Part shown: positions 15,937 to 25,772 of the stretch, piece by piece
How the letters are laid out: every line of letters begins with the position of its first letter
Numbering within the stretch: the stretch's first letter is position 1
Assembly: GCA_964652075.1 (NCBI GenBank)
Contig: CAZYZQ010000001.1
Coordinates: forward strand, 1,538-62,359
DNA: 60,822 nucleotides
Source of the DNA: an uncultured Oscillospiraceae bacterium
GTDB taxonomy: Bacteria; Bacillota; Clostridia; Oscillospirales; Oscillospiraceae
Direction of reading: 5' to 3'
Translations under genes and position numbers: made by a program
Notes under the pieces: model-generated
Told to the model about the DNA's origin: nothing
Seen by the model: the letters and a program-made list of their open reading frames with translations, nothing else
Databases searched by the model: none

Positions 15937-16683
15937 ATGGAACTGGAAAACAAAGTTGCAATCGTCACCGGCGGCAGCCGCGGCATCGGCTACGCCACCG
16001 TACGCGCGTTCTTGCAGGAGGGCGCGGCCGTCGTGCTCTGCGCCAGCCGGCAGGAGACGGCGGATAAGGCCGTCGCACAGCTGCGCGAGGAGCTGCCCGG
16101 CGCGAAGGTCGAGGGCATCTGGCCGGAGCTTTCCGACTATGACGCCGTAGCCGCCGCGTTCGACGCCGTGGCGGAGAAGTACGGCAAAATCGACATTCTC
16201 GTCAACAACGCGGGCATCTCAGAGTCCACGCCGTTCGGCAAGTATACGGCCGAGACCTTCAAGAAGGTCATGGATCTGAACGTGACCGCCCTGTTCAACT
16301 GCTCCCGCGCGGCGAGCGCGTACATGGAGCGGCAGGGCAGCGGCGTCATCCTCAACACGTCCTCGATGGTCAGCATCTCGGGCCAGCCGGGCGGCGTGGC
16401 CTACCCGACCTCGAAGTTCGCGGTCAACGGCTTTACGCTCTCGCTTGCGCGCGAGCTGGGGCCGAAGGGCATCCGCGTCAACGCCGTCGCGCCCGGCATC
16501 ACGGAGACGGACATGATGAAGGCCGTGCCGAAGTCCGTGATCGAGCCGATGATCGCACGCATCCCGCTGCGCCGCCTCGGCCAGCCGGAGGACATCGCCA
16601 ACGCGTTCGTCTTCCTCGCCTCCGAGAAGGCGTCGTATATCTCCGGCGTCGTGCTGAGCGTCGACGGCCTGATGCGCACGTAA
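15937..16683 (+). CDS. Short-chain dehydrogenase/reductase (FabG-like)
   Basis: The start is moved to the ATG at 15937 behind GGAGGG. It has TGGSRGIG (cofactor-binding), NNAG, and the S...YPTSK catalytic motif. 248 aa. Confidence 0.9.
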   Translation: MELENKVAIVTGGSRGIGYATVRAFLQEGAAVVLCASRQETADKAVAQLREELPGAKVEGIWPELSDYDAVAAAFDAVAEKYGKIDILVNNAGISESTPFGKYTAETFKKVMDLNVTALFNCSRAASAYMERQGSGVILNTSSMVSISGQPGGVAYPTSKFAVNGFTLSLARELGPKGIRVNAVAPGITETDMMKAVPKSVIEPMIARIPLRRLGQPEDIANAFVFLASEKASYISGVVLSVDGLMRT

Positions 16684-16696
16684 TCGCCCTGCATAC

Positions 16697-16735
16697 AAAA
16701 AGCGGCAAACCGGTTCCGGTTTGCCGCTTTTGTTG
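16697..16735. terminator. Bidirectional terminator between the SDR gene and the GH43 gene
   Basis: AAAAGCGGCAAACCGG-TTCC-GGTTTGCCGCTTTT is a perfect stem flanked by an A-run and a T-run, placed between convergent genes. Confidence 0.85.
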
Positions 16736-16740
16736 TGTCG

Positions 16741-18378
16741 TTATTCGTCCCAGCCCTCGTAGTGGAACCACTCGAAGGCGGCGGTGTTTTCGCTCTGCGC
16801 GCCGTTCGAGGTGGCGTACATGCCGAGCATCGTGCCGACCATGCAGCCCATGCTCTCCGGGTTCAGGTCGCCGATGTCCACATGCGTGCCGAGCGGCGCC
16901 ATGCCGGTTCCGTCCACATCGCAGGCGGCGCTGCCGTCCTCGATGCGGCCGGTGATGCGCAGAACCGCGGTGTCGCCGCACGGGGTCTCGGCCACAACCT
17001 CCTCGGTCGTCTTGTAGCGGAAGTCCGGCATATGGGGCATGCCGCTCATCCACGTGCTGACCTTCACGAAGCGGACGATCTGCCGACCGGCCGCGTCCAT
17101 CGTGCGCTCCACGCGCAGCTGGTTGTTGTTGCCCTGCATCATGACGATGCCGGCCGCCTCGTTCTCCGCTGTCGCGTGGAAGCGGAGCTTCGCCGTGATC
17201 CGGAAGCTGGTGTGGCGCTGGCGGCGGAAGACGACGGACACATCGTTGTCCGGAACATACCGACTTCCCTCGCGCGCGGTCTTGAGCGGATGGCAGACGC
17301 TGTTCGGCAGCAGCTTCAGCTCAAGCTTGCCGTCAGCGAGCTTCCAGAAGTCCTGGCTCGGCGTGCCCCAGAGGTTCCACGGCAGCCCCAACCGGTCGCC
17401 GTCGAAGTCGTCGAAGCCCTCCTCCGGGTCCACGGGCGTCCACGGCAGTTTCTCGTCCGCCGGGTAGCGCCACTCGACCTTGCCGGTGTCCGGCGCGCAG
17501 ACCGGCCACTCCCGATCCCAGATCACGGGGACAATGTAAGTCTCGCGGCCGAGGTTCTTGTGGTTGCCCGGGAACTGGCGGCTGGCGAGGAAGACCATGT
17601 ACCAGTTGCCGTCCGGCGTGTCCACCCAGTCGCCGTGGCCGACGTTTGCAATCTGCGCCTCAAAGCCGAAGTTGCGGTGCGTCAGGATCGGGTTGCCCTT
17701 GTAGCCGTCGAAGAAGCTGCGCAGCTCTTTACTGCGCGCGACGGCGCAGCAGTGGTAGTGCTCCGTGCCGCCCTCGGCAATCAGCAGGTAGTAGTAGTCG
17801 CCGATGTGGTACAGATGCGGCGCCTCCGGCGAGCTGGCCACGCGCAGCGCGCAGTCCCAGAGCGTCCACGGCTCGCCGACCACGCGGAAGTTCTCAATGT
17901 CGTACTCGGCCACCCAAATACCGCGCTCCATCGCGCCGCCCGGGCGCTCGACGACATTGCCCGTGCCCAGCACATAGCACTTGCCGTCGTTGTCGAAGAA
18001 CAGCGACGCGTCGATGCCCGGCACATCGTCCAGATAGTGCGGCTGCGACCACGGCCCCTTCGGGTCGGTGGCCGTGATGATGTAGTTGCCCCGGTCACAG
18101 AAATTCGCGTTGATGATGTAGAAGGTGCCCTCATGGTAGCGGATCGTCGGCGCCATGACACCGCCGGAGAGCGTGTTCACCTGTACGATCAGCTGCTCCG
18201 GCCTGTCCATCGCATAGCCGATCTGCTCCCAGTTCGCCAGATCCCGGCTGTGAAAGATCGGCAGGCCCGGGAACAGCTCAAAGGTGGATGTCACAAGGTA
18301 GTAGTCTTCGCCAACACGGCAGATCGACGGGTCGGGATAGAAGCCGGGCAGGATGGGGTTTTGGATCTGATGCTTCAT
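16741..18378 (-). CDS. GH43 beta-xylosidase / alpha-L-arabinofuranosidase
   Basis: 545 aa. The N-terminus NPILPGFYPDPSICRVGEDYYLVTSTFELFPGLPIFHSRDLANWEQIGY is the canonical GH43 XynB-type opening, with a C-terminal beta-sandwich domain. Confidence 0.93.
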   Translation of the reverse strand: MKHQIQNPILPGFYPDPSICRVGEDYYLVTSTFELFPGLPIFHSRDLANWEQIGYAMDRPEQLIVQVNTLSGGVMAPTIRYHEGTFYIINANFCDRGNYIITATDPKGPWSQPHYLDDVPGIDASLFFDNDGKCYVLGTGNVVERPGGAMERGIWVAEYDIENFRVVGEPWTLWDCALRVASSPEAPHLYHIGDYYYLLIAEGGTEHYHCCAVARSKELRSFFDGYKGNPILTHRNFGFEAQIANVGHGDWVDTPDGNWYMVFLASRQFPGNHKNLGRETYIVPVIWDREWPVCAPDTGKVEWRYPADEKLPWTPVDPEEGFDDFDGDRLGLPWNLWGTPSQDFWKLADGKLELKLLPNSVCHPLKTAREGSRYVPDNDVSVVFRRQRHTSFRITAKLRFHATAENEAAGIVMMQGNNNQLRVERTMDAAGRQIVRFVKVSTWMSGMPHMPDFRYKTTEEVVAETPCGDTAVLRITGRIEDGSAACDVDGTGMAPLGTHVDIGDLNPESMGCMVGTMLGMYATSNGAQSENTAAFEWFHYEGWDE

Positions 18379-18397
18379 ATGGTCTTTTCTCCTCTTC

Positions 18398-19951
18398 TCA
18401 ACGCTTGTTGAGCTTCAAGTAATACTGGGACGGCAGCTCCTTCGTGTGGGGCGCGCCGCGCTCGTCGCCGTTCAGGATGCGGCCGCGGTGCCACGCGCCG
18501 TCGTACCACTCGCCCTCCTCGTAGCGCTCCAGCTCCACCTTGACGTTTTCGCCGGCCTTGGGCAGGAAGCTGAAATTCAGGCGCGTGCCGACCAGCAGGA
18601 ATTCGTCCTCGCCAAGCTCCACGATAAATCCGCCGGAGCCGGGCTTCGATGCCGCGCTCTTGCTGAACTTCACCAGAATATCGTAGTTCGAGAACTTGCA
18701 GATGTGCTGCCGGATATCGTCGTCGCGGTAGATGAACGCCTGCAGCTGCCGGGTGCCGCGCTTTTCCAGAAGCAGCGGATAGAGGTTCCGGAGCATCCGG
18801 TACGCCGTGCCGAGCGCCTCGGCCGTGCCCGTGGTGTCAAACGCCGCGGGGTCGATCTCGAGCATCATCATAACCGCCATCGGGATCGGCTCCTTCCGGC
18901 TTTCCGGCATGTTGATATCCTCAATGCCGAAGGGAGAGAAGCACAGCGCGTTGCAGCCCGCGACCGCATAGAGTGCGAAGGTCGCGCTGGCGGCGTCCTT
19001 TCGGATCTCCGGAATGAACAGCGGATTGCCGTTTTTGGAATACGCGTCCATGACATTGGCGACGTACGGCACGTAGATATCCGGGCCGAAGCCGAACAGC
19101 GACGGCGCCGCCGCGCGCCAGATCGGGTGCATCCGGCAGATCGGGCCGCCGGAGGGATGGCCCATACCGGCGCGGTAGGGCGGCTGCTCCAGCCATGAGT
19201 TGACATAACACGGCAGATCCAGCTCCCGCTTGCCGGCGGACGCGATCTTCTCCACCGCGCTGGCGTAGCCGTAGGCCATCAGGCTCTCGGCGGCATCGTC
19301 GCCGAAGGCCTCTGTCCACGTGCCGGAGACGCCCAGCTTCTCTTTCAGAATTTCCGGAACCTCGCGGTTAAAAATCGCGGTCGCGGCCTCGCCGTAGTCG
19401 CGCTCGGAGCCGGGCCTGTTGCCGTGGAAGCCGATCTCGTTCTCAACCTGCATGACGATGACGGTGTGATCCGGGTCTGTCTCGCGCAGATGCGCCATCA
19501 GATGGACAAAGGCGTTTTTGTCCTTCTCGACCGCCGCCTCGCAGAACGGGGAGATCGTGTAGTAGTCCGCGCCGTCGATCATCTTGCAGGTGAAGTACGT
19601 CTCAGGATCGCGCTTGACCCAGCCCGGCACATACATGGAGCTGCCGTTTTTCCACAGGCCGAACCAGAGCAGCGTCAGGCGATAGCCCCGCTCGCGCGCC
19701 TGCGCGACGACAGCGTCGATGGTAGAAAAGTCGAAGCTGCCCTCCTCCGGCTCGATCTCCTCCCAGGTGACCGGGAGAATCAGGGAATTGAGGTGCATTC
19801 CCTCCAAATTCGGCCAGACATTTTCCAGCATATAGTTCGGATCGGAGGCCGAGGAGTTGTGCACCTCGCCGCCGAGCGCCAAAAACGGCTTGCCGTCGAC
19901 CAAAAGCGTCGGCATCCCGCCGACCAGTTTGACTTCGGGTAATGTAGACAT
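18398..19951 (-). CDS. GH35/GH42-like TIM-barrel glycosidase with DUF5597-like C-terminal domain (putative beta-galactosidase)
   Basis: The start is moved to the ATG at 19951 behind AAAGGAG (the track starts at 20074), giving 517 aa. Motifs include GGEVHNSSAS, LNSLILPVTWEEIEPEEGSFDF, RLTLLWFGLWKNG and VIVMQVENEIG. Confidence 0.8.
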   Translation of the reverse strand: MSTLPEVKLVGGMPTLLVDGKPFLALGGEVHNSSASDPNYMLENVWPNLEGMHLNSLILPVTWEEIEPEEGSFDFSTIDAVVAQARERGYRLTLLWFGLWKNGSSMYVPGWVKRDPETYFTCKMIDGADYYTISPFCEAAVEKDKNAFVHLMAHLRETDPDHTVIVMQVENEIGFHGNRPGSERDYGEAATAIFNREVPEILKEKLGVSGTWTEAFGDDAAESLMAYGYASAVEKIASAGKRELDLPCYVNSWLEQPPYRAGMGHPSGGPICRMHPIWRAAAPSLFGFGPDIYVPYVANVMDAYSKNGNPLFIPEIRKDAASATFALYAVAGCNALCFSPFGIEDINMPESRKEPIPMAVMMMLEIDPAAFDTTGTAEALGTAYRMLRNLYPLLLEKRGTRQLQAFIYRDDDIRQHICKFSNYDILVKFSKSAASKPGSGGFIVELGEDEFLLVGTRLNFSFLPKAGENVKVELERYEEGEWYDGAWHRGRILNGDERGAPHTKELPSQYYLKLNKR

Positions 19952-20083
19952 GGTAGTGCTCCTTTCAGGATGTTCTATTTTATCGTACTGCGCCACGTTT
20001 TCCCGGGCGTAGCGTGCGCTTTGTCTCCCTGTACCACGCTCAGCCGTGCGGCATACACCGCACGGCTGAGACAATTCCTGTTC

Positions 20084-21661
20084 TTATTTGTTCAGCCAGT
20101 CGTCGAGCTGGGCATTGATCGTGTCCATATAGGTCTGGAAGCCCGCCGCGTACAGCGCGTTCAGGAACTCCTCGTTCAGCTCGTCCGTGTAGCCGCCTGC
20201 GCGCAGGGTCGGCTTATATTCCAGCGTGACCTGCGTCAGCGCCGCAAGCTCCGTGGACAGGTTGCCGGTGTCGAGCACGAAGCCCATCAGCGAGGAGACC
20301 GCCGCGGCCTTCAGGTTCTCCTCCGCGCGGGCGCGGAAGTCGCCGCCCTGGCCGACCCACGGCAGGATCAGGAACTGGTTGCCGCAGATCCAGTCGGAGC
20401 TGTGGTAGTTGACGGAGGAGATCTCCTTGCCCTCCGGGTACACGCCCTCGCCGTTCTCGTTGATGAGGTAGTCCTCTCCCTCGACGCCCCAGCAAAGCGT
20501 GGTGATCAGCTTCTCGTTGGTGTAGAGCAGGTTCAGGAACTTCATCGCGGCCTCCGGCTCCTCGGCCGTGGTCGGGATGAAGGTGCCCCAGCTGGAAACG
20601 GAGGAGGTCGTGACCATGCCGGAGAAGACCTCGATCAGCTTCAGCGGGTGGCCGATCTTCTCCACCTTGGAGGCATCCGAGCCGAATTCGGTCGTGGTGA
20701 ACTGCGAGAAGATCAGGTTGTTGTGCATTCTCTCGTCGCCGCCGTCGCCGTTTTCAATCGCGGATTCGGGGTAGATGTAGCCCATCTCGTTCCACTTCGC
20801 GGCAAGGCGCTGATCCTTCAGGTAGTCCTCGTCCTCCCACAGGCTGGTGAGCGCGCCGTCCTTGTAGATCACAAGACCGAGGCCGTCGCCCGCCGTGTCA
20901 TAGGCGGTGCCGGTCATCTTGACCGGGTCGAGGATCGCGTTCTGCCACAGGAAGACGCTGACCTGCTGGGAGTTCGGCCAGAGGTCGGTGTTCGTCTTGA
21001 CGGACTCGTAGATCTCCTCCACGTCGGCCCATGTCTCGACCGCCTTGTCCTGCAGGCCCAGCTCCTCCAGAATGTCCTGCCGCATGACCAGATAGCCGTT
21101 GGAGTTGCACTGGCGGTAGGTCGGGACGCCGTAGATCCGGCCGTTCAGGGAGTCGCCGTAGATAAAGTCCCCCAGCGCGGCCTTGATGCCCTGGCCGTAG
21201 GTGTCGAGCAGGTCGGTGATGTCCATGACCTGGCCGTTGGAGTACAGGGAGGCCACGCTCGTGGACGGCATCGGGGACAGGTCGCACAGATCCATGACCT
21301 CGCCGCCGGCGAATTTGATCGGAACCTGCGTGTTCAGATCCGCAATGGAGAGGTACTCAATGTTGACGTGGACGCCGATCTCCGCCTCGGTGATCTCGTT
21401 GATCGCCGCGGTGACCGCGTCGGTGTTGTTCAGGGTGCCGATCACCATGTGGACATAGTTGATCTCCGTGATTTCTTCCGGTTCGTCTTCCTCATCATCG
21501 GGAATTTCAGGGGTGTCTTCTTCGTTCGGGGCTTCTGTCTGGGTCTGCGCCGGGTTCTCCGTCGGGGCGTCTTCCTTTGCGGACTTGTTCCCGGAGGCGC
21601 AGGCTGCCAGCAGCGTCAGGCACAACGCCGCAACCAACAGAGCTGCAAGAAACTTTTTCAT
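20084..21661 (-). CDS. Large extracellular solute-binding lipoprotein (ABC transporter SBP, family 1 type)
   Basis: 525 aa with a lipobox (LTLLAAC) followed by an acidic low-complexity linker. It is a paralog of 32787..34430. Confidence 0.85.
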   Translation of the reverse strand: MKKFLAALLVAALCLTLLAACASGNKSAKEDAPTENPAQTQTEAPNEEDTPEIPDDEEDEPEEITEINYVHMVIGTLNNTDAVTAAINEITEAEIGVHVNIEYLSIADLNTQVPIKFAGGEVMDLCDLSPMPSTSVASLYSNGQVMDITDLLDTYGQGIKAALGDFIYGDSLNGRIYGVPTYRQCNSNGYLVMRQDILEELGLQDKAVETWADVEEIYESVKTNTDLWPNSQQVSVFLWQNAILDPVKMTGTAYDTAGDGLGLVIYKDGALTSLWEDEDYLKDQRLAAKWNEMGYIYPESAIENGDGGDERMHNNLIFSQFTTTEFGSDASKVEKIGHPLKLIEVFSGMVTTSSVSSWGTFIPTTAEEPEAAMKFLNLLYTNEKLITTLCWGVEGEDYLINENGEGVYPEGKEISSVNYHSSDWICGNQFLILPWVGQGGDFRARAEENLKAAAVSSLMGFVLDTGNLSTELAALTQVTLEYKPTLRAGGYTDELNEEFLNALYAAGFQTYMDTINAQLDDWLNK

Positions 21662-21724
21662 GTCGTGTTCTCCTTTTTAAGATATATTTCTTCTCCCGCG
21701 CTGTCGCGCGTGAAAATTCTCAGG

Positions 21725-22420
21725 TTATGCCTGCCCGTAGTAGGCGTGCGCGCCGTGCTTGCGCGCGAAGTGCTTTTCCACGATATGCGCGGGCGCGGGC
21801 TGGGCGTTGGGATTGACCTGCCGCGTCAGGAGCGCCATGCGGGCGACCTCTTCGAGCACCACGGCGTGGTACACGGCGGCGGCCGCGTCGCGGCCCCATG
21901 TGAACGGCCCGTGGTTGCAGCAGACGACGGCGGGTACGTGCAGCGGATTGATGCCGCGCGCGCGGAGCGTCCCGACGATCACGTTGCCCGTCTCCGTCTC
22001 GTAGTCCCGCGCGATCTCCTCCGGCGTCAGCGGGCGCGTGCAGGGGATCGGGCCGTAGAAGTAGTCGGCGTGCGTCGTGCCGAAGCACGGGATGTCCTCC
22101 CCGGCCTGCGCCCAGGCCACCGCGTGGGCGCTGTGCGTGTGGACGATGCCGCCCAGCTCCGGGAAGGCGTTATAGAGCACAAGATGCGTCTTGGTGTCCG
22201 AGGACGGGCGGAGGGTTCCCTCCACAATGTTGCCGTTCAGATCCAGCACAACCAGATCGTCCGGCCGCAGCGCGTCATACTCCACGCCGGACGGCTTGAT
22301 GACGAACAGGCCAGCATCCCGGTCGATGCCCGAGACGTTGCCCCAGGTGTACGTCACAAGGCCGCGGCGCGGCAGCTCCATATTCGCCTCATAGACCGCC
22401 TGTTTCAGTGCTTCCAGCAT
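21725..22420 (-). CDS. araD: L-ribulose-5-phosphate 4-epimerase
   Basis: 231 aa of the class II aldolase/epimerase type. Motifs include [42 protein letters not shown] and HADYFYGP. Confidence 0.95.
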   Translation of the reverse strand: MLEALKQAVYEANMELPRRGLVTYTWGNVSGIDRDAGLFVIKPSGVEYDALRPDDLVVLDLNGNIVEGTLRPSSDTKTHLVLYNAFPELGGIVHTHSAHAVAWAQAGEDIPCFGTTHADYFYGPIPCTRPLTPEEIARDYETETGNVIVGTLRARGINPLHVPAVVCCNHGPFTWGRDAAAAVYHAVVLEEVARMALLTRQVNPNAQPAPAHIVEKHFARKHGAHAYYGQA

Positions 22421-22430
22421 GTATCACACC

Positions 22431-23894
22431 TCATTTCAGCTTCCACGCCAGATCCATCAGGAACAGTTTGTCCTCGAGCTGATCCGGGGTGGTATCCTTT
22501 GCGATATGCACGAACTCAATTTCCATCATGCGTGCCCAGTCGCGCAGCTGCTCCGCGCTGACGTCGTAGCTGAGCACCGTGTGGTGCGCGCCGCCCGCCC
22601 GGATCCAGCACTCGAGGCCGGTTGTGAGATCCGGCATGGCCTTCCACATGACGCGGGCCACCGGCAGGTTCGGCATCGGCATAATCGGCTTGACCGCCTC
22701 AATGTCCTGCACGATCAGGCGGAGCCGGCCGCCCATGTCGATCAGCGAGGCCACCACGGCGGGGCCGGCCTTGCCCTCGAAGACAAGGCGGGCCGGGTCC
22801 TCCCGGTTGCCGATGCCCAGCGGATGTACCTCAATTCTCGGACGGTCCGCCGCGACGCTCGGGCAGACCTCGAGCATATGCGCGCCGAGGCTGTACTCCT
22901 GCCCCTTCACGAGGTGGTAGGTGTAGTCCTCCATAAACGCGGACGCGCCGTTGCCGCCTTCGCCCATCGCCTTGAGAATTGCGGTCATGGCGGCGACCTT
23001 CCAGTCGCCCTCGCCGCCGTAGCCGTAGCCCTGCGCCATCAGGTGCTGGGAGGCAAGGCCCGGCAGCTGGCGCATGCCGTACAGATCCTGGAAGGTATTG
23101 GAGAAGGCCCGGCAGCCCTCGCGGTCCATCATCTTTTTCATCGCGATCTCCTCGCGCGCCTGATAGCACACGGTCTGAAGGTCGCCGGTTGCAAAGTCAT
23201 ACTGCGCGCGGTAGGTTTCCATCAGCGCGTCGATCTCCGCGTCCGTGACCGCGTCCATCTCCGCGACCAGCTCGCCGACCGGCCAGGTGTTGACCTCCCA
23301 GCCGAGCTTTCGCTGCGTCTCCACCTTGTCGCCCTCGGTGACGGCAACCTCGCGCATATTGTCGCCGAAGCGCATGACCTTCATCTGCTTCGAGACGGCC
23401 ACGCCGGCGGCGGCGCGCATCCAGTCGCCAAGGCGTTTCTGCACAGGCGCGTCCTGCCAGTAGCCGGCGATGATCTTGCGCGGCAGGCGCAGGCGCGCGG
23501 CGATAAACCCGTGCTCGCGGTCGCCGTGCGCGGCCTGATTCAGGTTCATAAAGTCCATGTCGATCTCGTCGTTCGGGATCTCGCGGTTGTACTGCGTCGC
23601 GAGGTGGCAGTATGGCTTTTGCAGGCTATTTAGCCCCGCGATCCACATCTTGGACGGGGAGAACGTGTGGCACCAGGTGATGATACCGGCGCAGCTGTCC
23701 TGATAGTTCGCCTCCTTGACCACCTCGGTGATCTCCCGGCTGGTCTTGGCCGTCACCTTATAGACGAGCGGGAACGGCAGCACGGCCGACAGCTTCTCCG
23801 CCATCTCCTGTGCGCGGGCCGCGACGGTTTCCAGCACCTCCGGGCCGTACAGGAACTGGCTGCCCACGACAAACCAGAATTCGTATTGCTTCAT
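22431..23894 (-). CDS. araA: L-arabinose isomerase
   Basis: The start is moved to the ATG at 23894 (MKQYEFWFVVGSQFLYGPE), 5 nt after the stop of the upstream kinase gene (the track starts at 23960). 487 aa, with the FGDNMR and HTVLSY motifs typical of AraA. Confidence 0.95.
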   Translation of the reverse strand: MKQYEFWFVVGSQFLYGPEVLETVAARAQEMAEKLSAVLPFPLVYKVTAKTSREITEVVKEANYQDSCAGIITWCHTFSPSKMWIAGLNSLQKPYCHLATQYNREIPNDEIDMDFMNLNQAAHGDREHGFIAARLRLPRKIIAGYWQDAPVQKRLGDWMRAAAGVAVSKQMKVMRFGDNMREVAVTEGDKVETQRKLGWEVNTWPVGELVAEMDAVTDAEIDALMETYRAQYDFATGDLQTVCYQAREEIAMKKMMDREGCRAFSNTFQDLYGMRQLPGLASQHLMAQGYGYGGEGDWKVAAMTAILKAMGEGGNGASAFMEDYTYHLVKGQEYSLGAHMLEVCPSVAADRPRIEVHPLGIGNREDPARLVFEGKAGPAVVASLIDMGGRLRLIVQDIEAVKPIMPMPNLPVARVMWKAMPDLTTGLECWIRAGGAHHTVLSYDVSAEQLRDWARMMEIEFVHIAKDTTPDQLEDKLFLMDLAWKLK

Positions 23895-23899
23895 CCTCT

Positions 23900-25402
23900 T
23901 CAAGCCCTTTCTGTGGCGCACCGCTCCACGTGCAGCGCGTCCTGATAGGCGGCAAGCCACCTGTCAAACCCCGCCCTGTCCGCACCGTCCGGCGCGACCG
24001 TCGTGCCGGTGGCATGCGCGAACACGCGGGTGTTCAAAAATTCCTCCAACGGCTTCCCGTTGTCATCGAGATACGCCGCGAGCAGCGCCATGCCGTACGG
24101 CCCGCCCTCGCCCGCCGTCTCAAGGCAGGTCACCGGCGCGTTGCACGCCGCCGCCAGATAGCGCTGGCAGACGCCCGGCGTCTTAAACAGGCCGCCGTGG
24201 CCGGTCAGGCTCGTGATGCGCACATGCTCCGAGGCCAGAATGTCCATGCCGATCTTCAGCGTCGCCATGGTGGCATAGAGCTGGGCGCGCAGGAAATTCG
24301 CCAGCGTAAAGCGGCTCTCCGGCGTGCGGAGCACCAGCGGGCGTCCCGCGTCAAAGCCCGTCACCGGCTCGCCCGCGAGGTAGTTGCACACCAGCATCCC
24401 GCCGCAGTCCGCCTCGCCCTCGAGGCTCTTGCGGTAGAGCTTCGTATAGATCTCGTCGCGGCTGCCGCCGAGCAGCTCGGCCGCCTCGCCGAGCACGGAC
24501 ACCCATGCGTTCATGTCGTTCGTGCAGTTGTTGCAGTGTACCATCGCGACCGGCTTCCCGGTCGGCGTCGTCACCAGATCCAGCTCCGGATGCACCGTCG
24601 AGAGCGGCCGCTCCAGCACGACCATCGAAAAGATCGAGGTACCGGCGGAGACGTTGCCGGTCGTCGGGGCCACGGCGTTCGTCGCGGTCATGCCGGTACC
24701 GGCGTCGCCCTCCGGCGGCGCGAACGGGAGGCCAACCGGGAGCAGGCCGTCCAGCAGCGCCGCGCCCGCCTCGGTCAGGTGCCCGGCGCATACGCCAGCG
24801 GGGAGCACGCGCGGCAGAATGTCGCGCAGCTTCCACGGATAGCCGGACGCCAGTTCGTCAAACTGCGCGAGCATCCGCTTATCGTAGTCCAGCCCGTCAA
24901 TCGGGAACATGCCGGACGCCTCGCCGACGCCGAGCACGTTCTCGCCGGTCAGCGCATGGTGGATATAGCCCGCCAGCGTCGTAATGTGGGCGATTTTTTC
25001 CACGTGCGCCTCGCCGTTCAGCATTGCCTGATACAGATGCGCAATCGACCAGCGCTGCGGGATCTGGAAGCCGAACAGCGCCGTCAGCTTCTCCGCCGCC
25101 ACGCCCGTCATGGTGTTCTGCCACGTGCGGAACGGCGTCAGCAGGTTCCAGTCCTTGTCAAACGCCAGATAGCCGTGCATCATGCCCGAGACGCCCGCGG
25201 CCGCGATGCCCGCGCGGTCCGGCAGCGCGGCGAGCGCCGTTTTCAGCCCGCGCCACGCGTCCGCCATGTCGTAGGTCCAGACGCCGTCCACGCGGCTGCT
25301 TTTCCACGTAAAATCGCCGGACGCGACCGGCGCGAACGAGGCGTCGATCAGCGCCGCCTTGATGCGCGTCGAGCCAAATTCAATGCCGAGATACCGTTTC
25401 AA
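23900..25402 (-). CDS. FGGY-family sugar kinase, probable L-ribulokinase (AraK-type)
   Basis: 500 aa. The N-terminus MKRYLGIEFGSTRIKAAL matches the ATPase fold of the FGGY/ASKHA family. It is the first gene of the ara operon. Confidence 0.85.
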   Translation of the reverse strand: MKRYLGIEFGSTRIKAALIDASFAPVASGDFTWKSSRVDGVWTYDMADAWRGLKTALAALPDRAGIAAAGVSGMMHGYLAFDKDWNLLTPFRTWQNTMTGVAAEKLTALFGFQIPQRWSIAHLYQAMLNGEAHVEKIAHITTLAGYIHHALTGENVLGVGEASGMFPIDGLDYDKRMLAQFDELASGYPWKLRDILPRVLPAGVCAGHLTEAGAALLDGLLPVGLPFAPPEGDAGTGMTATNAVAPTTGNVSAGTSIFSMVVLERPLSTVHPELDLVTTPTGKPVAMVHCNNCTNDMNAWVSVLGEAAELLGGSRDEIYTKLYRKSLEGEADCGGMLVCNYLAGEPVTGFDAGRPLVLRTPESRFTLANFLRAQLYATMATLKIGMDILASEHVRITSLTGHGGLFKTPGVCQRYLAAACNAPVTCLETAGEGGPYGMALLAAYLDDNGKPLEEFLNTRVFAHATGTTVAPDGADRAGFDRWLAAYQDALHVERCATERA

Positions 25403-25470
25403 GCTCCATCTCTCCTCACGGCACGCGGCGCAGGCCGCCGCGGCCGTCCCGTTTTCTGTTGTGTCTTTGG

Positions 25471-25495
25471 ATTTGTCATATTAAATATAACAAAT
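25471..25495. promoter_or_regulatory. 25-bp palindrome, candidate operator upstream of the ara operon
   Basis: ATTTGTCATAT-TAA-ATATAACAAAT has 10 of 11 positions symmetric and lies about 70 nt upstream of the kinase start, in the AT-rich divergent region shared with araR. A second perfect inverted repeat, AATATGCCG-TGTTTC-CGGCATATT, lies at 25612-25635. Confidence 0.5.
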
Positions 25496-25772
25496 TCGCC
25501 AGAAATGTCAATACATTTTTCTGGATTTTTTCATTTTCAGGCTTTTACACAATACAAATTTTCCGCGTGTCCGCCGCCGTTTTCGCTGGTAAACGGCTTG
25601 AAAACGTAGAAAATATGCCGTGTTTCCGGCATATTCCCACCATTTTCGGTTGATTTTCGCCGCGGGCGCTTCAAAAATTACGGACAAATTTTCATTTCCT
25701 CTTGCATTTTCCGCCGAAAACGCTATAATAAAAATGACGAATCTAAGACAAACAGAAAAGGAGTTCGGTTTC

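Noticed and set aside
25403-25772. Canonical AraR operator (TGTACGTACA-type core) or a riboswitch in the ara divergent region
   Set aside because: I found no match to the canonical core by eye, only the two palindromes reported as findings. The region is AT-rich promoter-like DNA with no extended conserved-looking RNA structure.
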